IMG/VR virus record: IMGVR_UViG_3300024346_000004
From: a virus
Lineage: Duplodnaviria; Caudoviricetes
Length of the DNA: 64,000 nt
Direction: 5' to 3' (one strand)
Below, one piece after another: positions 29,798 through 39,108 of the stretch. Numbering within the stretch: position 1 is the stretch's first letter; every line of letters begins with the position of its first letter. The notes under the pieces were generated by a model. That model saw nothing but the letters and a program-made list of their open reading frames with translations, ran no database searches and was not told where the DNA came from. Both the position numbers and the translations under genes were made by a program.

Positions 29798-30093
29798 CTT
29801 CTTTGGCTTTCAAACCAAACTTTAAGATTATTAGCATATAGTTCAGCAGAAGATCTAGCAGTGTCAGCAGCACCTTCAGCAGCCATCTTAACTAAATAAT
29901 CTTTTGTCACATTCATAATATAATAAGCAATTGTATCTTCAATAAATAATTCTTCAGTTATGTACAAAACATTTCCCAAAGAATCTGTAACCTGAGGCTT
30001 AAAATTATATTGTGTAGAAAATGCTTCTTTCAAATTAGCAGCATCAGAATTCTTAATCGGAATTGTAACTGTAAAAGCTATTGTTGGATTCAT
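29794..30093 (-). CDS. hypothetical protein, paralog of the N-terminal domain of ORF 30090
   Basis: FTVTIPIKNSDAANLKEAF vs FTIEVPIRLDDANDVMNAF. Confidence 0.65.
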   Translation of the reverse strand: MNPTIAFTVTIPIKNSDAANLKEAFSTQYNFKPQVTDSLGNVLYITEELFIEDTIAYYIMNVTKDYLVKMAAEGAADTARSSAELYANNLKVWFESQRS

Positions 30094-30947
30094 AACACGA
30101 CCTCATTTACATTAATAGTAACTGTACCAAGAGTAGATTCTTCAGCAGTATTTGTAATCTTATAGGTAAAAGAATCAACTCCTACAAAATCAGCTTCAGG
30201 GGTATATGTAAGTAATGGAGCTGTACCTGATAATTCACCATGAACAGGACTATCTACTACTACATAATCAAAAGTTTCACCATCTAAATCTACACCAGTC
30301 AATTCAACGTCAACTGTGGTATTTTTATCAAGATTAGTAGTAAAAGAATCTACTGTTAAAACATCATTTACAGCATTTACAACAACACTAACAATTCCAT
30401 TTTCAGAAGAACAAATATCGTTAGAAGCTACAATTGAAAATGCGTCTAATCCAGAGTAATTAGCGCTAGGAGTGTAAGTGAAAACATTATCTAAAACACT
30501 TACAGATCCATGAAGAGGCTGAACACTAACAGAATAAGATAGAGGTTTACTATTAGGATCTACACTAACTGCTACAAAATCTCCAGCAGTATCTTCATCA
30601 ATAATTAAATCACCACTATTAATACTAGGTCTAATAGCTTCAATTCTTCTTGCATCAAACCATTGTGCTGCGTCTAATTGTCTTGACGCTGCTAATTGTT
30701 CAGCAGTATTTCTGGCTAATTCAAACTCTTTCTTAACCATATGCGCTTTTAGAACATTCATTACAAAGTTCTCTACACATTGAGAAACAAAAATCTCTTT
30801 AGAAATTGGGTTAGGCTGTGTCATTCCTTGTCCCACTTCTACCGTTTCTGAATAGCCATAGGATGTAGCAAAAGCATTCATAACATCATTTGCATCATCT
30901 AATCTAATTGGCACTTCAATCGTAAAATTAATAGCATCCGGATCCAT
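30090..30947 (-). CDS. Ig-like (cadherin-like/tandem-95 repeat) domain protein
   Basis: two P.HG.(V/L)S..TYTP.A(N/D)(Y/F).G.D.F repeats. Confidence 0.75.
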   Translation of the reverse strand: MDPDAINFTIEVPIRLDDANDVMNAFATSYGYSETVEVGQGMTQPNPISKEIFVSQCVENFVMNVLKAHMVKKEFELARNTAEQLAASRQLDAAQWFDARRIEAIRPSINSGDLIIDEDTAGDFVAVSVDPNSKPLSYSVSVQPLHGSVSVLDNVFTYTPSANYSGLDAFSIVASNDICSSENGIVSVVVNAVNDVLTVDSFTTNLDKNTTVDVELTGVDLDGETFDYVVVDSPVHGELSGTAPLLTYTPEADFVGVDSFTYKITNTAEESTLGTVTINVNEVVL

Positions 30948-31015
30948 TTAAAAAAATCTCCTATATATAATATTTCTACATAGTATATCAATAATCTTTT
31001 ACAGAAGAAATAAGT

Positions 31016-31846
31016 ATGAAGATCGCAATAGTTCAATTAAATTTAAATCAATATAGATATTTTGATCAATATGTTAATCATATGGAAAATATTATTTCTA
31101 AAGCTAAAGATAATAATGCTGATCTTGTAGTATTTCCAGAAGATATCAACCTATGTATTTTATGGACAAAATACAACGATATAGCTGCTTTATCTATCAA
31201 ACCAATACTAGAACACATATTTGAATTTATTATCAGTAGAATCAATCTTTCTTGGATGAAAGCTTTAGTTGCTACAGATAAGCAAAAAAACATTATAGAA
31301 TCTGTTTTTATGTATTTATCTAAAAAATATGAGATTAATATATGTTCCGGTACTTATTATATTAAAAAAAATAATAATCTATATAATGTTTGTTCTTTTT
31401 ATAGTAGAGATGGTGGATTAATAGATCAAAGATATAAATATAAGCTTGTTGGGATTGAAAAAGCTTGGGGTGTTAAAAGCGTATATAATCCTGAGACTGT
31501 TCAAATAGATAATACAAAAGTGGGATTAGCTATTTGTTTTGATATAAATGATCCAGAATATACTAAAAAGATTGTGGATAATGGGGCTGAGGTAATTCTT
31601 GTTCCTAGTAATGGATATAGAATATTTCCTTGGTATCCTTTTGATGAATCTAAAGAAACACCACATAGAGATAGAGCAAGAGAAAATAATGTTCCTATTT
31701 TGAGACCTTATTGTTGTGGATGGTTATTTCCGGGATTGTATTTTAGAGGATCTTCTGAAATAGTAAATAAAAAAGGCTTGGTGTTAGCCAAGCCTTCTAG
31801 TAAGGATAAAGAAGAAATCTTATATTTTAATATGGAAGACGCATAA
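31016..31846 (+). CDS. carbon-nitrogen hydrolase (nitrilase superfamily)
   Basis: MKIAIVQ, ADLVVFPE, YKYKL, GLAICFD: Glu-Lys-Cys triad. Confidence 0.85.
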   Translation: MKIAIVQLNLNQYRYFDQYVNHMENIISKAKDNNADLVVFPEDINLCILWTKYNDIAALSIKPILEHIFEFIISRINLSWMKALVATDKQKNIIESVFMYLSKKYEINICSGTYYIKKNNNLYNVCSFYSRDGGLIDQRYKYKLVGIEKAWGVKSVYNPETVQIDNTKVGLAICFDINDPEYTKKIVDNGAEVILVPSNGYRIFPWYPFDESKETPHRDRARENNVPILRPYCCGWLFPGLYFRGSSEIVNKKGLVLAKPSSKDKEEILYFNMEDA

Positions 31847-32441
31847 ATCCACCAAGAACTCCGAGGCTCTTTAGTGTTCTGGATTTCGCATAAACTCCCT
31901 GACCTTCTCTTACAACATCTTCGGAGGATGGTGATGGAGCTGTATTTCCTTCTACAGTAACAAAGGATCCATCTTTATTTACTTCTACAACAATCCCGGT
32001 ATGCGCCCATCGTCCGAGATTAGGAAACCAGAAATAAGCGATATCACCTACTTGTACTCTTGTTCTTCGCAATTCAATATCTGCTCTACGAATAAAATGT
32101 CCTTCTGATTGAGCCCACTTGACAGATACAGTACAGGATCCAGTTCTAGGAAATTCTTTAGGAATATTGATAATTAGGGTATGAGCAGCTTTGATTAATC
32201 TATACACAACAAAAGCTTGACACCATGGATTACCTGCACCTAAAAATACTGCTTTAAGATATTGAAGAACCCATTTGCCTCTGTTATTGCCTTCTTCTCT
32301 TACATCTAGAACATCATCTCTCATACAATCTTCTGCAGCTTTTTTGGCTACTGGTCCTGGAGTTTTGATAGCTAGGGCAGACACATCATCAAATTTGTCT
32401 GTTGATAATAATTTCCATGTAAATTCTGAAATTTTGTTCAT
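31827..32441 (-). CDS. CHAP-domain amidase / endolysin
   Basis: REEGNNRG, PWCQAFV, HTGIV, TVEGNT. Confidence 0.85.
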   Translation of the reverse strand: MNKISEFTWKLLSTDKFDDVSALAIKTPGPVAKKAAEDCMRDDVLDVREEGNNRGKWVLQYLKAVFLGAGNPWCQAFVVYRLIKAAHTLIINIPKEFPRTGSCTVSVKWAQSEGHFIRRADIELRRTRVQVGDIAYFWFPNLGRWAHTGIVVEVNKDGSFVTVEGNTAPSPSSEDVVREGQGVYAKSRTLKSLGVLGGFMRLPY

Positions 32442-32647
32442 TTTTGCTTTACCTCAACTTTATTAATATTTTTGATTGTATTATCTTTCATGTCTTCGTT
32501 TGGTGTAGTTGATAATACTTTGATACCATCTATTTTATCTAAAAACTTCATAAGATCTAAACATTCAGATCCTTGAGTTCCGTGAGGGGTGACTAAGATT
32601 TTTCCATCTTTCCCCACAGTAATTTCCAATTCTACTTCTTTACTCAT
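32438..32647 (-). CDS. DUF2997-like small protein
   Basis: EITVGKDGKI..HGTQGSECLDL; adjacent to a DUF1257-like gene. Confidence 0.7.
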   Translation of the reverse strand: MSKEVELEITVGKDGKILVTPHGTQGSECLDLMKFLDKIDGIKVLSTTPNEDMKDNTIKNINKVEVKQK

Positions 32648-33075
32648 TAGATTATTTTCCTAACTTTCAATGTCATATCAGTCATTTGTCTCTTTTTAAA
32701 CTCTTCTTCAGCGATATTTACTTTGATTTTAAAACCATTCTTTTTTAATACAGCTTCAATAGCTTCTTTTGCATAAGCTTGAATAACTCTAAAATCAATT
32801 AATAATCTTTTATCATATTCTGAGCAAATCATGTCATATTTTTTAGATTCTTCGTTCCAGATAAAACCTATATCGTTAGAAGCTCCAGTAAACATAGAAT
32901 TGATTTGATCTCTTCCTACGACTATTGTTGCTTTTTCAGGTCTTTGTTTACCCATATAGTCTGTTAAGTGTACAGGGTCATCATGTGTGGAAGCTTCGAA
33001 TCCTAATAATGATAAAGCTTTAAGTAAAATATCTTTATCAACAAAATCACATTCTATTTTTTTATAAGCAGACAT
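32647..33075 (-). CDS. DUF1257/Ycf35-like protein
   Basis: MSAY..I..D.DILLKAL..LGF, SNDIGF, QAYA..KNGF. Confidence 0.75.
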   Translation of the reverse strand: MSAYKKIECDFVDKDILLKALSLLGFEASTHDDPVHLTDYMGKQRPEKATIVVGRDQINSMFTGASNDIGFIWNEESKKYDMICSEYDKRLLIDFRVIQAYAKEAIEAVLKKNGFKIKVNIAEEEFKKRQMTDMTLKVRKII

Positions 33076-33077
33076 AA

Positions 33078-33449
33078 TTATCCAAATTTCGGCATAAATT
33101 TTGTTATTGGTCTATGGCAACAAGGGCAGAACCAAAGATTACTTCTTATTTCTATTGGTAAATCTTGTGGTGCTTCTTTTACATCTTCGGTTTTTAGTAG
33201 TTTTTTGCCATCTAAAGTCGGTTCGCCAAGACTATCTAAACCATCTTCTCCAGCAAAGCAATATTTACATCCTAATGCAATCATATTACCTTCGTCAGAT
33301 TTAAAAATACATAAGGTTGTTTTATTATCTACATGTAATCTTGACCAATCAAAATCCTTAGGGAAATATTCAAGTAATTTATTAATTAACTTTTCACCAA
33401 GAATCTTAGGATCTAGGTTTATTTTAGAGTTCATCGTCTGTCTCTTCAT
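33078..33449 (-). CDS. hypothetical zinc-binding protein
   Basis: CKYC and CPCC; start may be 33434. Confidence 0.55.
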   Translation of the reverse strand: MKRQTMNSKINLDPKILGEKLINKLLEYFPKDFDWSRLHVDNKTTLCIFKSDEGNMIALGCKYCFAGEDGLDSLGEPTLDGKKLLKTEDVKEAPQDLPIEIRSNLWFCPCCHRPITKFMPKFG

Positions 33450-33723
33450 GATTATATGAATGTTCTATCCATACACTAACATCAGATAAACATTCTCGTA
33501 GCTTCATAATGGTCAGTAGATTCATAGCTTCTGATTGAGTTAAATCTTTTGCAATATTATAAGATTCAATTAGAAGGTCAGTGGAAGTTATTGTGTCATA
33601 TATCAATGAATGGATATCTGCGGAATCAAATGTTTTCAATTGTTGTTTCTTATATAATAATAACTCTTCGTGAGATATTTCTAGTTCATCCATATCAGAT
33701 TTGTACAAAGAAAAAAAGGACAT
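33424..33723 (-). CDS. hypothetical protein
   Basis: acidic helical ORF; start uncertain. Confidence 0.5.
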   Translation of the reverse strand: MSFFSLYKSDMDELEISHEELLLYKKQQLKTFDSADIHSLIYDTITSTDLLIESYNIAKDLTQSEAMNLLTIMKLRECLSDVSVWIEHSYNHEETDDEL

Positions 33724-33729
33724 AAAAAA

Positions 33730-34074
33730 ATGAAGTTCTATAAAACTATATTATTCACTGTTTTACTATTCGCATCCTTAAGTAAATATTCTTATTCACA
33801 AGATATTCCTAAGCCAAAGAAAGAGATCCTAATTAGCATTAATTCAACATATTATAAAAATGCTAAAGAAGTGGTAGAAGGGTTTTTCAAGCAAGCTAAT
33901 ATTAGAAATAAAAGTATTGATTCATCCTTAGAAAAAGTAGATCATAAAAACTTTAGCTTTATCGGTTTTACTGTTGAAGAAACAATGGAATATTTGTCAT
34001 TTAAATATAATATTGTATTTAAGATTCAGTCTATTGGAAAAAATAAAATATATGATGTAGAGGTCAAGAAATGA
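33730..34074 (+). CDS. secreted protein, degenerate secretin N0/STN-like domain
   Basis: signal peptide; ISINSTYYKNAKEVVEGFFKQANIRN aligns with the next ORF. Confidence 0.55.
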   Translation: MKFYKTILFTVLLFASLSKYSYSQDIPKPKKEILISINSTYYKNAKEVVEGFFKQANIRNKSIDSSLEKVDHKNFSFIGFTVEETMEYLSFKYNIVFKIQSIGKNKIYDVEVKK

Positions 34075-34562
34075 AAAAACTATTAGCTCTTTTAGCTTGC
34101 TTATGTGCTATTCCATCTTATAGCCAAAATATTACTGTTGATTTAAAAGAAGCACCTATCAGATCAACAATTGAAATGATGTTTAAACAGGCTGGTATTA
34201 AAAATTATGTTATTGATAATTCTGTATCTGGCTTTGTAACATGCACTCTCACAGATATACCATTTGAAAATTCTTTAAAGATAGTGATGAGAGCTTCTAC
34301 AGTTCCTCTTACATATATTAAAGAAAATGATGTATGGATTGTAAAGGCAAGAAGAATTAAAATTGAAGCTAATCCAGATCCAGATTTTGATGCTGGTTTA
34401 TTAATGGCTCAGAAAAATAATTCTATTGCTTGGGAAGTTATTAAGTTTAATCATATCGACCCATTTGATTTACAGAGTATTTTTGGTAATATTTTGTTCA
34501 TCAATCAATTTGGTAGATCTAGAGGGAATGGTAACAACTTTGGTGGTGGTGGTAGAAACTAG
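34071..34562 (+). CDS. stand-alone secretin N-terminal (N0/STN-like) domain protein
   Basis: signal peptide; ITVDLKEAPIRSTIEMMFKQAGIKNYVIDNSVSGFVTCTLTDIPFENSL; IKFNHIDP; no beta-barrel. Confidence 0.7.
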   Translation: MKKLLALLACLCAIPSYSQNITVDLKEAPIRSTIEMMFKQAGIKNYVIDNSVSGFVTCTLTDIPFENSLKIVMRASTVPLTYIKENDVWIVKARRIKIEANPDPDFDAGLLMAQKNNSIAWEVIKFNHIDPFDLQSIFGNILFINQFGRSRGNGNNFGGGGRN

Positions 34563-34587
34563 GGTATAATGCACTGAGGTATTAATT

Positions 34588-35112
34588 ATGGGTTTATTTG
34601 ATTTATTCAAGAAGGACGAAGTAGTAGTAGAAACTCCTGACGTTATGACACGACAAGAGGTACTGGATTTCGTTTCAACACATAGAGCTGAAGTGGATTA
34701 TAAGTTTGATCTATTGCTAAAGGACGTAATGGAACAGGTTAAGCGTGTTCCTGTTATGATTGATCCTGCACCAGCTTCTCTAAATCAACAGCAAATCTTA
34801 GATATTATTGTAAATGTTGTTCGCACAGAATCCGTATCCAAGGATGAAATGCTTATGATGAGAGAAGATCTTCTCAAGGCAATGGATGCTAAGATCGCTA
34901 TGTATGATGTTGATGAAGATGCTGAGATGGCTGCGATGATGGATCAGAAGCTTGAACATCTTGAAGTTGTAGCAGAAGATATGGAAGATTCTAAGTTCGC
35001 TAAGGTTTATAATCAAGCTGTAGTAGAGCTCAAGACTATTCCTAATAAGGGTGCAACAGTAGCTTCTGTTCGTAAGTTCTTGATTAATTTTGTAGAACTT
35101 CTCAAGCCTTAA
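34588..35112 (+). CDS. hypothetical protein (acidic, helical)
   Basis: TATAAT at 34565, SD GAGG, terminator downstream. Confidence 0.7.
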   Translation: MGLFDLFKKDEVVVETPDVMTRQEVLDFVSTHRAEVDYKFDLLLKDVMEQVKRVPVMIDPAPASLNQQQILDIIVNVVRTESVSKDEMLMMREDLLKAMDAKIAMYDVDEDAEMAAMMDQKLEHLEVVAEDMEDSKFAKVYNQAVVELKTIPNKGATVASVRKFLINFVELLKP

Positions 35113-35120
35113 ACTTTTAC

Positions 35121-35153
35121 AAACCCCTTAGACTATCAAGGTCTAGGGGGTTT
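35121..35153 (+). terminator. intrinsic terminator
   Basis: aaaccccttagac..gtctagggggttt. Confidence 0.75.
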
Positions 35154-35173
35154 ACTTTATTAAAAATAATAAC

Positions 35174-35713
35174 ATGTTCAAATTTATTTCATTCTATCCA
35201 CAAGTTAATAAAGAAGAAACAATACCTAATAATAATATATTGTGGATGTGTACTTATAAATTACTTGGAGATCAAATTCAGATCCCATTCGAGTTATTAC
35301 ACTTTTTGAATTCTTGTGATTGTCCATTACCTGTAAAGCATTATTTAGAACAAATGGACTATTATGATCTGAATATTGAATTTAACTCTGATTATCAAAA
35401 GCAATATTGTATGTATGATGATGACGATATTATATTAATTGTAAATATCAGAGCTTTACATGTTAACGAAAAGAAACTGAAAATTGACGTTCCATCTACA
35501 TTAGCTACTAAATTACTAACATTGATGAATTTATCAATGGATGGAATTTTACATTCAGAAAAGATGCAAAAGAGAATTCTAACGATGATGGGTGACTCTG
35601 ATGCATCTTTTATATATTCCGATGATGTAATGGAATATTTAGCTTCTTTAGAAGAGCTATGCGAACATTGTATGCTTTATGAATGTAATGTTATGTGGTC
35701 GCAGTCTGAGTAA
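35174..35713 (+). CDS. hypothetical protein
   Basis: 179 aa ORF. Confidence 0.6.
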   Translation: MFKFISFYPQVNKEETIPNNNILWMCTYKLLGDQIQIPFELLHFLNSCDCPLPVKHYLEQMDYYDLNIEFNSDYQKQYCMYDDDDIILIVNIRALHVNEKKLKIDVPSTLATKLLTLMNLSMDGILHSEKMQKRILTMMGDSDASFIYSDDVMEYLASLEELCEHCMLYECNVMWSQSE

Positions 35714-36611
35714 GCAAATATCTTTCAGACTCCAAAGCTGCCATACATCCTGAACCTGCTGATGTTATTGCTTGTTTATAATGTTTATCTGCAACATCCC
35801 CGCAAGCAAATAATCCTGGAATATTAGTTTTTGTGTTAACAGTAGAAATATATCCATCAGATTCTACAATGTTAAAATGCTTCACTAATGATGAATTAGG
35901 TATATTTCCAATTGCTACAAAAACACCACTTACTGATAATAATGATTCTTTTTCAAGAACATCATTATGTAGGATCACAGCATTTACTTTATCATCTCCA
36001 ATAATTTGCTTGATTACAGTATTTTCATACACAGTAATATTCTCTGTATTGAAAACCTTATTCACCATAATTTTAGATGCTTTATAGGATGAGGAACGAT
36101 TAATAAGCTGAACAGAAGAACAGATTTTACTAAGATACAAGGCTTCTTCCATAGCAGTATCACCAGCACCCACTACTACTACATTTTTGCCTTTGTAGAA
36201 AAATCCATCACAGGTAGCACAAGATGTAACTCCTCTGCCTAAAAATTCAGACTCTCCAGGCACAGATAACCATTTAGGAGAAGCACCAGTACAAAAAATA
36301 ACAGATTTATATTCTTCAGTAATTCCATCTGATGTTACTAAAAATTTATCACCTTGTTTTTCTAATTCTGAAACATCTTGATAAATCATTCTAGTACCAA
36401 ACCTTAATGCTTGTTGTTCCATTTCATTCATCAAGTCTGGCCCTAAAATCCCATCCTTAAAACCTGGGTAATTTTCTACTTCTGTGGTGTTCATTAATTG
36501 ACCACCTTGCATAAAACCTGTATATAACACTGGACTTAAATTAGCCCTAGAACAATAGATGGCAGCTGTATATCCAGCTGGTCCACTACCAATAATTGCG
36601 ATATTTTCCAT
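35691..36611 (-). CDS. trxB: thioredoxin reductase
   Basis: IIGSGPAGYTAAIY, CATCDG, GAGDTAMEEA, GLFACGDV, QAITSAGSG. Confidence 0.95.
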   Translation of the reverse strand: MENIAIIGSGPAGYTAAIYCSRANLSPVLYTGFMQGGQLMNTTEVENYPGFKDGILGPDLMNEMEQQALRFGTRMIYQDVSELEKQGDKFLVTSDGITEEYKSVIFCTGASPKWLSVPGESEFLGRGVTSCATCDGFFYKGKNVVVVGAGDTAMEEALYLSKICSSVQLINRSSSYKASKIMVNKVFNTENITVYENTVIKQIIGDDKVNAVILHNDVLEKESLLSVSGVFVAIGNIPNSSLVKHFNIVESDGYISTVNTKTNIPGLFACGDVADKHYKQAITSAGSGCMAALESERYLLTQTATT

Positions 36612-36643
36612 ACTAAATATTGTACCAAATTCTTAGCAACAGT

Positions 36644-36668
36644 AGGAAATAATAAGAATAAAGAAGAA
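36644..36668 (+). promoter_or_regulatory. putative phage-specific promoter AGG-N17-AAGAA
   Basis: agg aaataataagaataaag aagaa, 9 nt before ATG 36678. Confidence 0.55.
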
Positions 36669-36677
36669 CTTTTAGAT

Positions 36678-37118
36678 ATGTGGTATAAAATTGCTCAACA
36701 AAATTTTCAAAATATAGCTGACACAACCTCTCCGACACATGTTTCTGGAGGTGGTAATGCTGGATTTTCTGTCGATTATCCTACAGCACAAAATATTAAA
36801 AAGTCCTTAGATTCACATCAGCCATACCAATTCACTACAACAGATGGTAAAAAATTCTTAGTATTACATGGCAACTATTCTAATGGTGTAGAATATTTTG
36901 ATGTTGGTGGAACTAGTATCGCTGAACAAGATCTAGCACAATGGATGAGAAATAACGGCATGGATCCTACTGTTACACAAATATTAGCTTGTGGAGTAGG
37001 CAATGTTAATCCAGCTACAGGTTTACATCCAGCTATTGATATTACTGGTATAACTAATCTTAGTATCCCTACTACCCCACCAGCCGATACAAATCCAGTT
37101 ATGGTTGGAGTAAGCTAA
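36678..37118 (+). CDS. hypothetical protein with short MWYKIAQ leader
   Basis: 146 aa; VLHG..ILAC motifs. Confidence 0.65.
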   Translation: MWYKIAQQNFQNIADTTSPTHVSGGGNAGFSVDYPTAQNIKKSLDSHQPYQFTTTDGKKFLVLHGNYSNGVEYFDVGGTSIAEQDLAQWMRNNGMDPTVTQILACGVGNVNPATGLHPAIDITGITNLSIPTTPPADTNPVMVGVS

Positions 37119-37798
37119 TGATCGATTACATTACTTTTTATGATAAAAATATTAGAACTTCCAAAAAAGTAAAAGAAATATTCAAATCATTAAGCGAAGA
37201 TCATGATTTCGGACTTGAATTACCAAAATTACCATATTCTCATTCTGCATTAGAGCCTGTTATTGATGCAGCTACAATGAAATTACATCACGACAAACAT
37301 CATAAAAAATATGTAGATAAAATGAATGAGCTTCTTGGTAACAGTGATAAGACTTTAGTTGAATTATTACAAGATCCTAAAGATGTAAAAGATAAAGAAG
37401 CATTTTTAGATAATGCTGGTGGTCATTTTAACCATTCTTATTTCTGGATTACAATGTCCCCTGAAATGAATCAAAAACCATCTGGAAAACTTGCAGATAA
37501 TATTGATAAACAGTTTGGAAGTTTTGATAAGTTTAAAAAAGAATTTATTGAAACGGGAGTCAAGCATTTTGGGTCTGGATGGGTATGGCTTTGTGTTAAT
37601 GATGGTAAATTAAAAATACAAAGTTTTGATAATCAATCTAATCCATACATTGAAAAATGTGGGATTCCTGTTTTGGGATGTGACGTATGGGAACATGCAT
37701 ATTATCTCAAATATCAGAATAATAGAGAGAAATACATTACATCTTGGTTTAAAGTAGTAAATTGGGACTTTATTTCAAAAAAATATAACGGAGAATAA
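37118..37798 (+). CDS. Fe/Mn superoxide dismutase with N-terminal extension
   Basis: LPKLPY..ALEP, HHDKHH, NAGGHFNHS, FGSGWVWL, DVWEHAYY. Confidence 0.95.
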   Translation: MIDYITFYDKNIRTSKKVKEIFKSLSEDHDFGLELPKLPYSHSALEPVIDAATMKLHHDKHHKKYVDKMNELLGNSDKTLVELLQDPKDVKDKEAFLDNAGGHFNHSYFWITMSPEMNQKPSGKLADNIDKQFGSFDKFKKEFIETGVKHFGSGWVWLCVNDGKLKIQSFDNQSNPYIEKCGIPVLGCDVWEHAYYLKYQNNREKYITSWFKVVNWDFISKKYNGE

Positions 37799-37799
37799 T

Positions 37800-38324
37800 A
37801 TGGATCGTATTGCAACATTAAATAATCTAAACAATGTTATCAATTCTTTAGAATCAAAGGGTAAATATACTTTAGCATCTCAGGTACAAGAAGTATTTGA
37901 AAAAGTAGCTCAAGCAGATATGTCTAGAAAAGATTTTTTATCTAAAGGTGTTAATTGGGCTGCTGGTCTTGGAATGGCCGGTGGTGCTGGGGCTTTAGTT
38001 AAGGACACTATGGACAAAGCTAAGGATAAACAAGATATTCTTAATCAAATGGCAGAACATGGTTATAGATTAGGTATGGGCATGAGAATTAATGTTGCTG
38101 GATCTGGCGTTAGAAATTGGCAAAGATTCCTCAATGACCACTTTGATGGCAGACTAGATGATGATGGACGTTTTGGACAATCTACTATGCTTGTTACTAA
38201 GAACTTCCAAAAAGCTCATGGTATTACTCCAGATGGTGCTGTTGGTCCTGAAACTATGAAAGCAGCATTAAGTCTTCTAGAAGAAAATATGGAAGATTCA
38301 GAAGATCTTCTTGGAATGGAATAA
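37800..38324 (+). CDS. peptidoglycan-binding domain protein with KxAQ leader and Tat-like segment
   Basis: VRNWQRFLN..DDGRFG..NFQKAHGITPDGAVGPET (PG-binding type 1). Confidence 0.75.
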   Translation: MDRIATLNNLNNVINSLESKGKYTLASQVQEVFEKVAQADMSRKDFLSKGVNWAAGLGMAGGAGALVKDTMDKAKDKQDILNQMAEHGYRLGMGMRINVAGSGVRNWQRFLNDHFDGRLDDDGRFGQSTMLVTKNFQKAHGITPDGAVGPETMKAALSLLEENMEDSEDLLGME

Positions 38325-38326
38325 AG

Positions 38327-38695
38327 ATGAATCTTATTACAAATCTATTAACTTTACATAATCAACTTAAAGTTTATCATTGGCAAACTAGATCTTACGC
38401 TGCTCATATGGCATTTGGTGGAGCTTATGATGCTCTAACATTGCTTATTGATCAATTTATCGAAGTGTTCCAAGGTAAGAATGGTATGTTAAAAGCACAG
38501 AATAACTTTACCATCACTCTTAGAAATCTAAATGGCGATGAAGATGTTACTAAATTCATTGAAGCATTTTTAGATTATCTTATGGGACCTTTAGTAAATG
38601 GTCTAGATACTGCTAAGGATACAGATCTCATGAATATTAGAGATGAAATGTCCGCAGAGCTAAATAAACTGAAATATTTACTTACACTCAGCTAA
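38327..38695 (+). CDS. ferritin-like/Dps-like four-helix protein
   Basis: HWQT.SYAAH.A...YD.L..LID..IE; NIRDEM..LNK.KYLLTL. Confidence 0.75.
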   Translation: MNLITNLLTLHNQLKVYHWQTRSYAAHMAFGGAYDALTLLIDQFIEVFQGKNGMLKAQNNFTITLRNLNGDEDVTKFIEAFLDYLMGPLVNGLDTAKDTDLMNIRDEMSAELNKLKYLLTLS

Positions 38696-38698
38696 AGT

Positions 38699-38722
38699 AA
38701 AGGCCCCATAAAAGGGGCCTTT
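38699..38722. terminator. bidirectional terminator
   Basis: aaaggcccc..ggggccttt between convergent genes. Confidence 0.75.
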
Positions 38723-38727
38723 ATTAT

Positions 38728-39108
38728 TTAAAAGTTTCCACAACTTCCACAACCGCTAGAACCTGATGAATCTCCCCCAACGCTAAAAGATTGACCACAG
38801 CCACATCCTTTTTTCATATTAGGATTAGTAACTTTAAATCCATTTTGGTCTTTAATAAAATCAATTTCAGATCCGTTGACTATTTTCATAATATCTGTAT
38901 TGACAACTATTTTGATTTTGTCATCTAAAATAATATCATCAATTTCAGGTACGAATTCTTCTAAGCCTAAATGATACTTATATCCAGCACAACCACCAGC
39001 CGATACACCTAATCTGACACATAATTCCATATCAGGATGTGACTCCATAATAGAAATGATCTCTTCAGATGCTGCTTCGGTAATATTAATTTTTAATTCT
39101 TCTTCCAT
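38728..39108 (-). CDS. iscA: HesB/IscA-family Fe-S cluster carrier protein
   Basis: ITEAA, GGCAGYKY, NPN..CGCGQSF. Confidence 0.88.
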   Translation of the reverse strand: MEEELKINITEAASEEIISIMESHPDMELCVRLGVSAGGCAGYKYHLGLEEFVPEIDDIILDDKIKIVVNTDIMKIVNGSEIDFIKDQNGFKVTNPNMKKGCGCGQSFSVGGDSSGSSGCGSCGNF

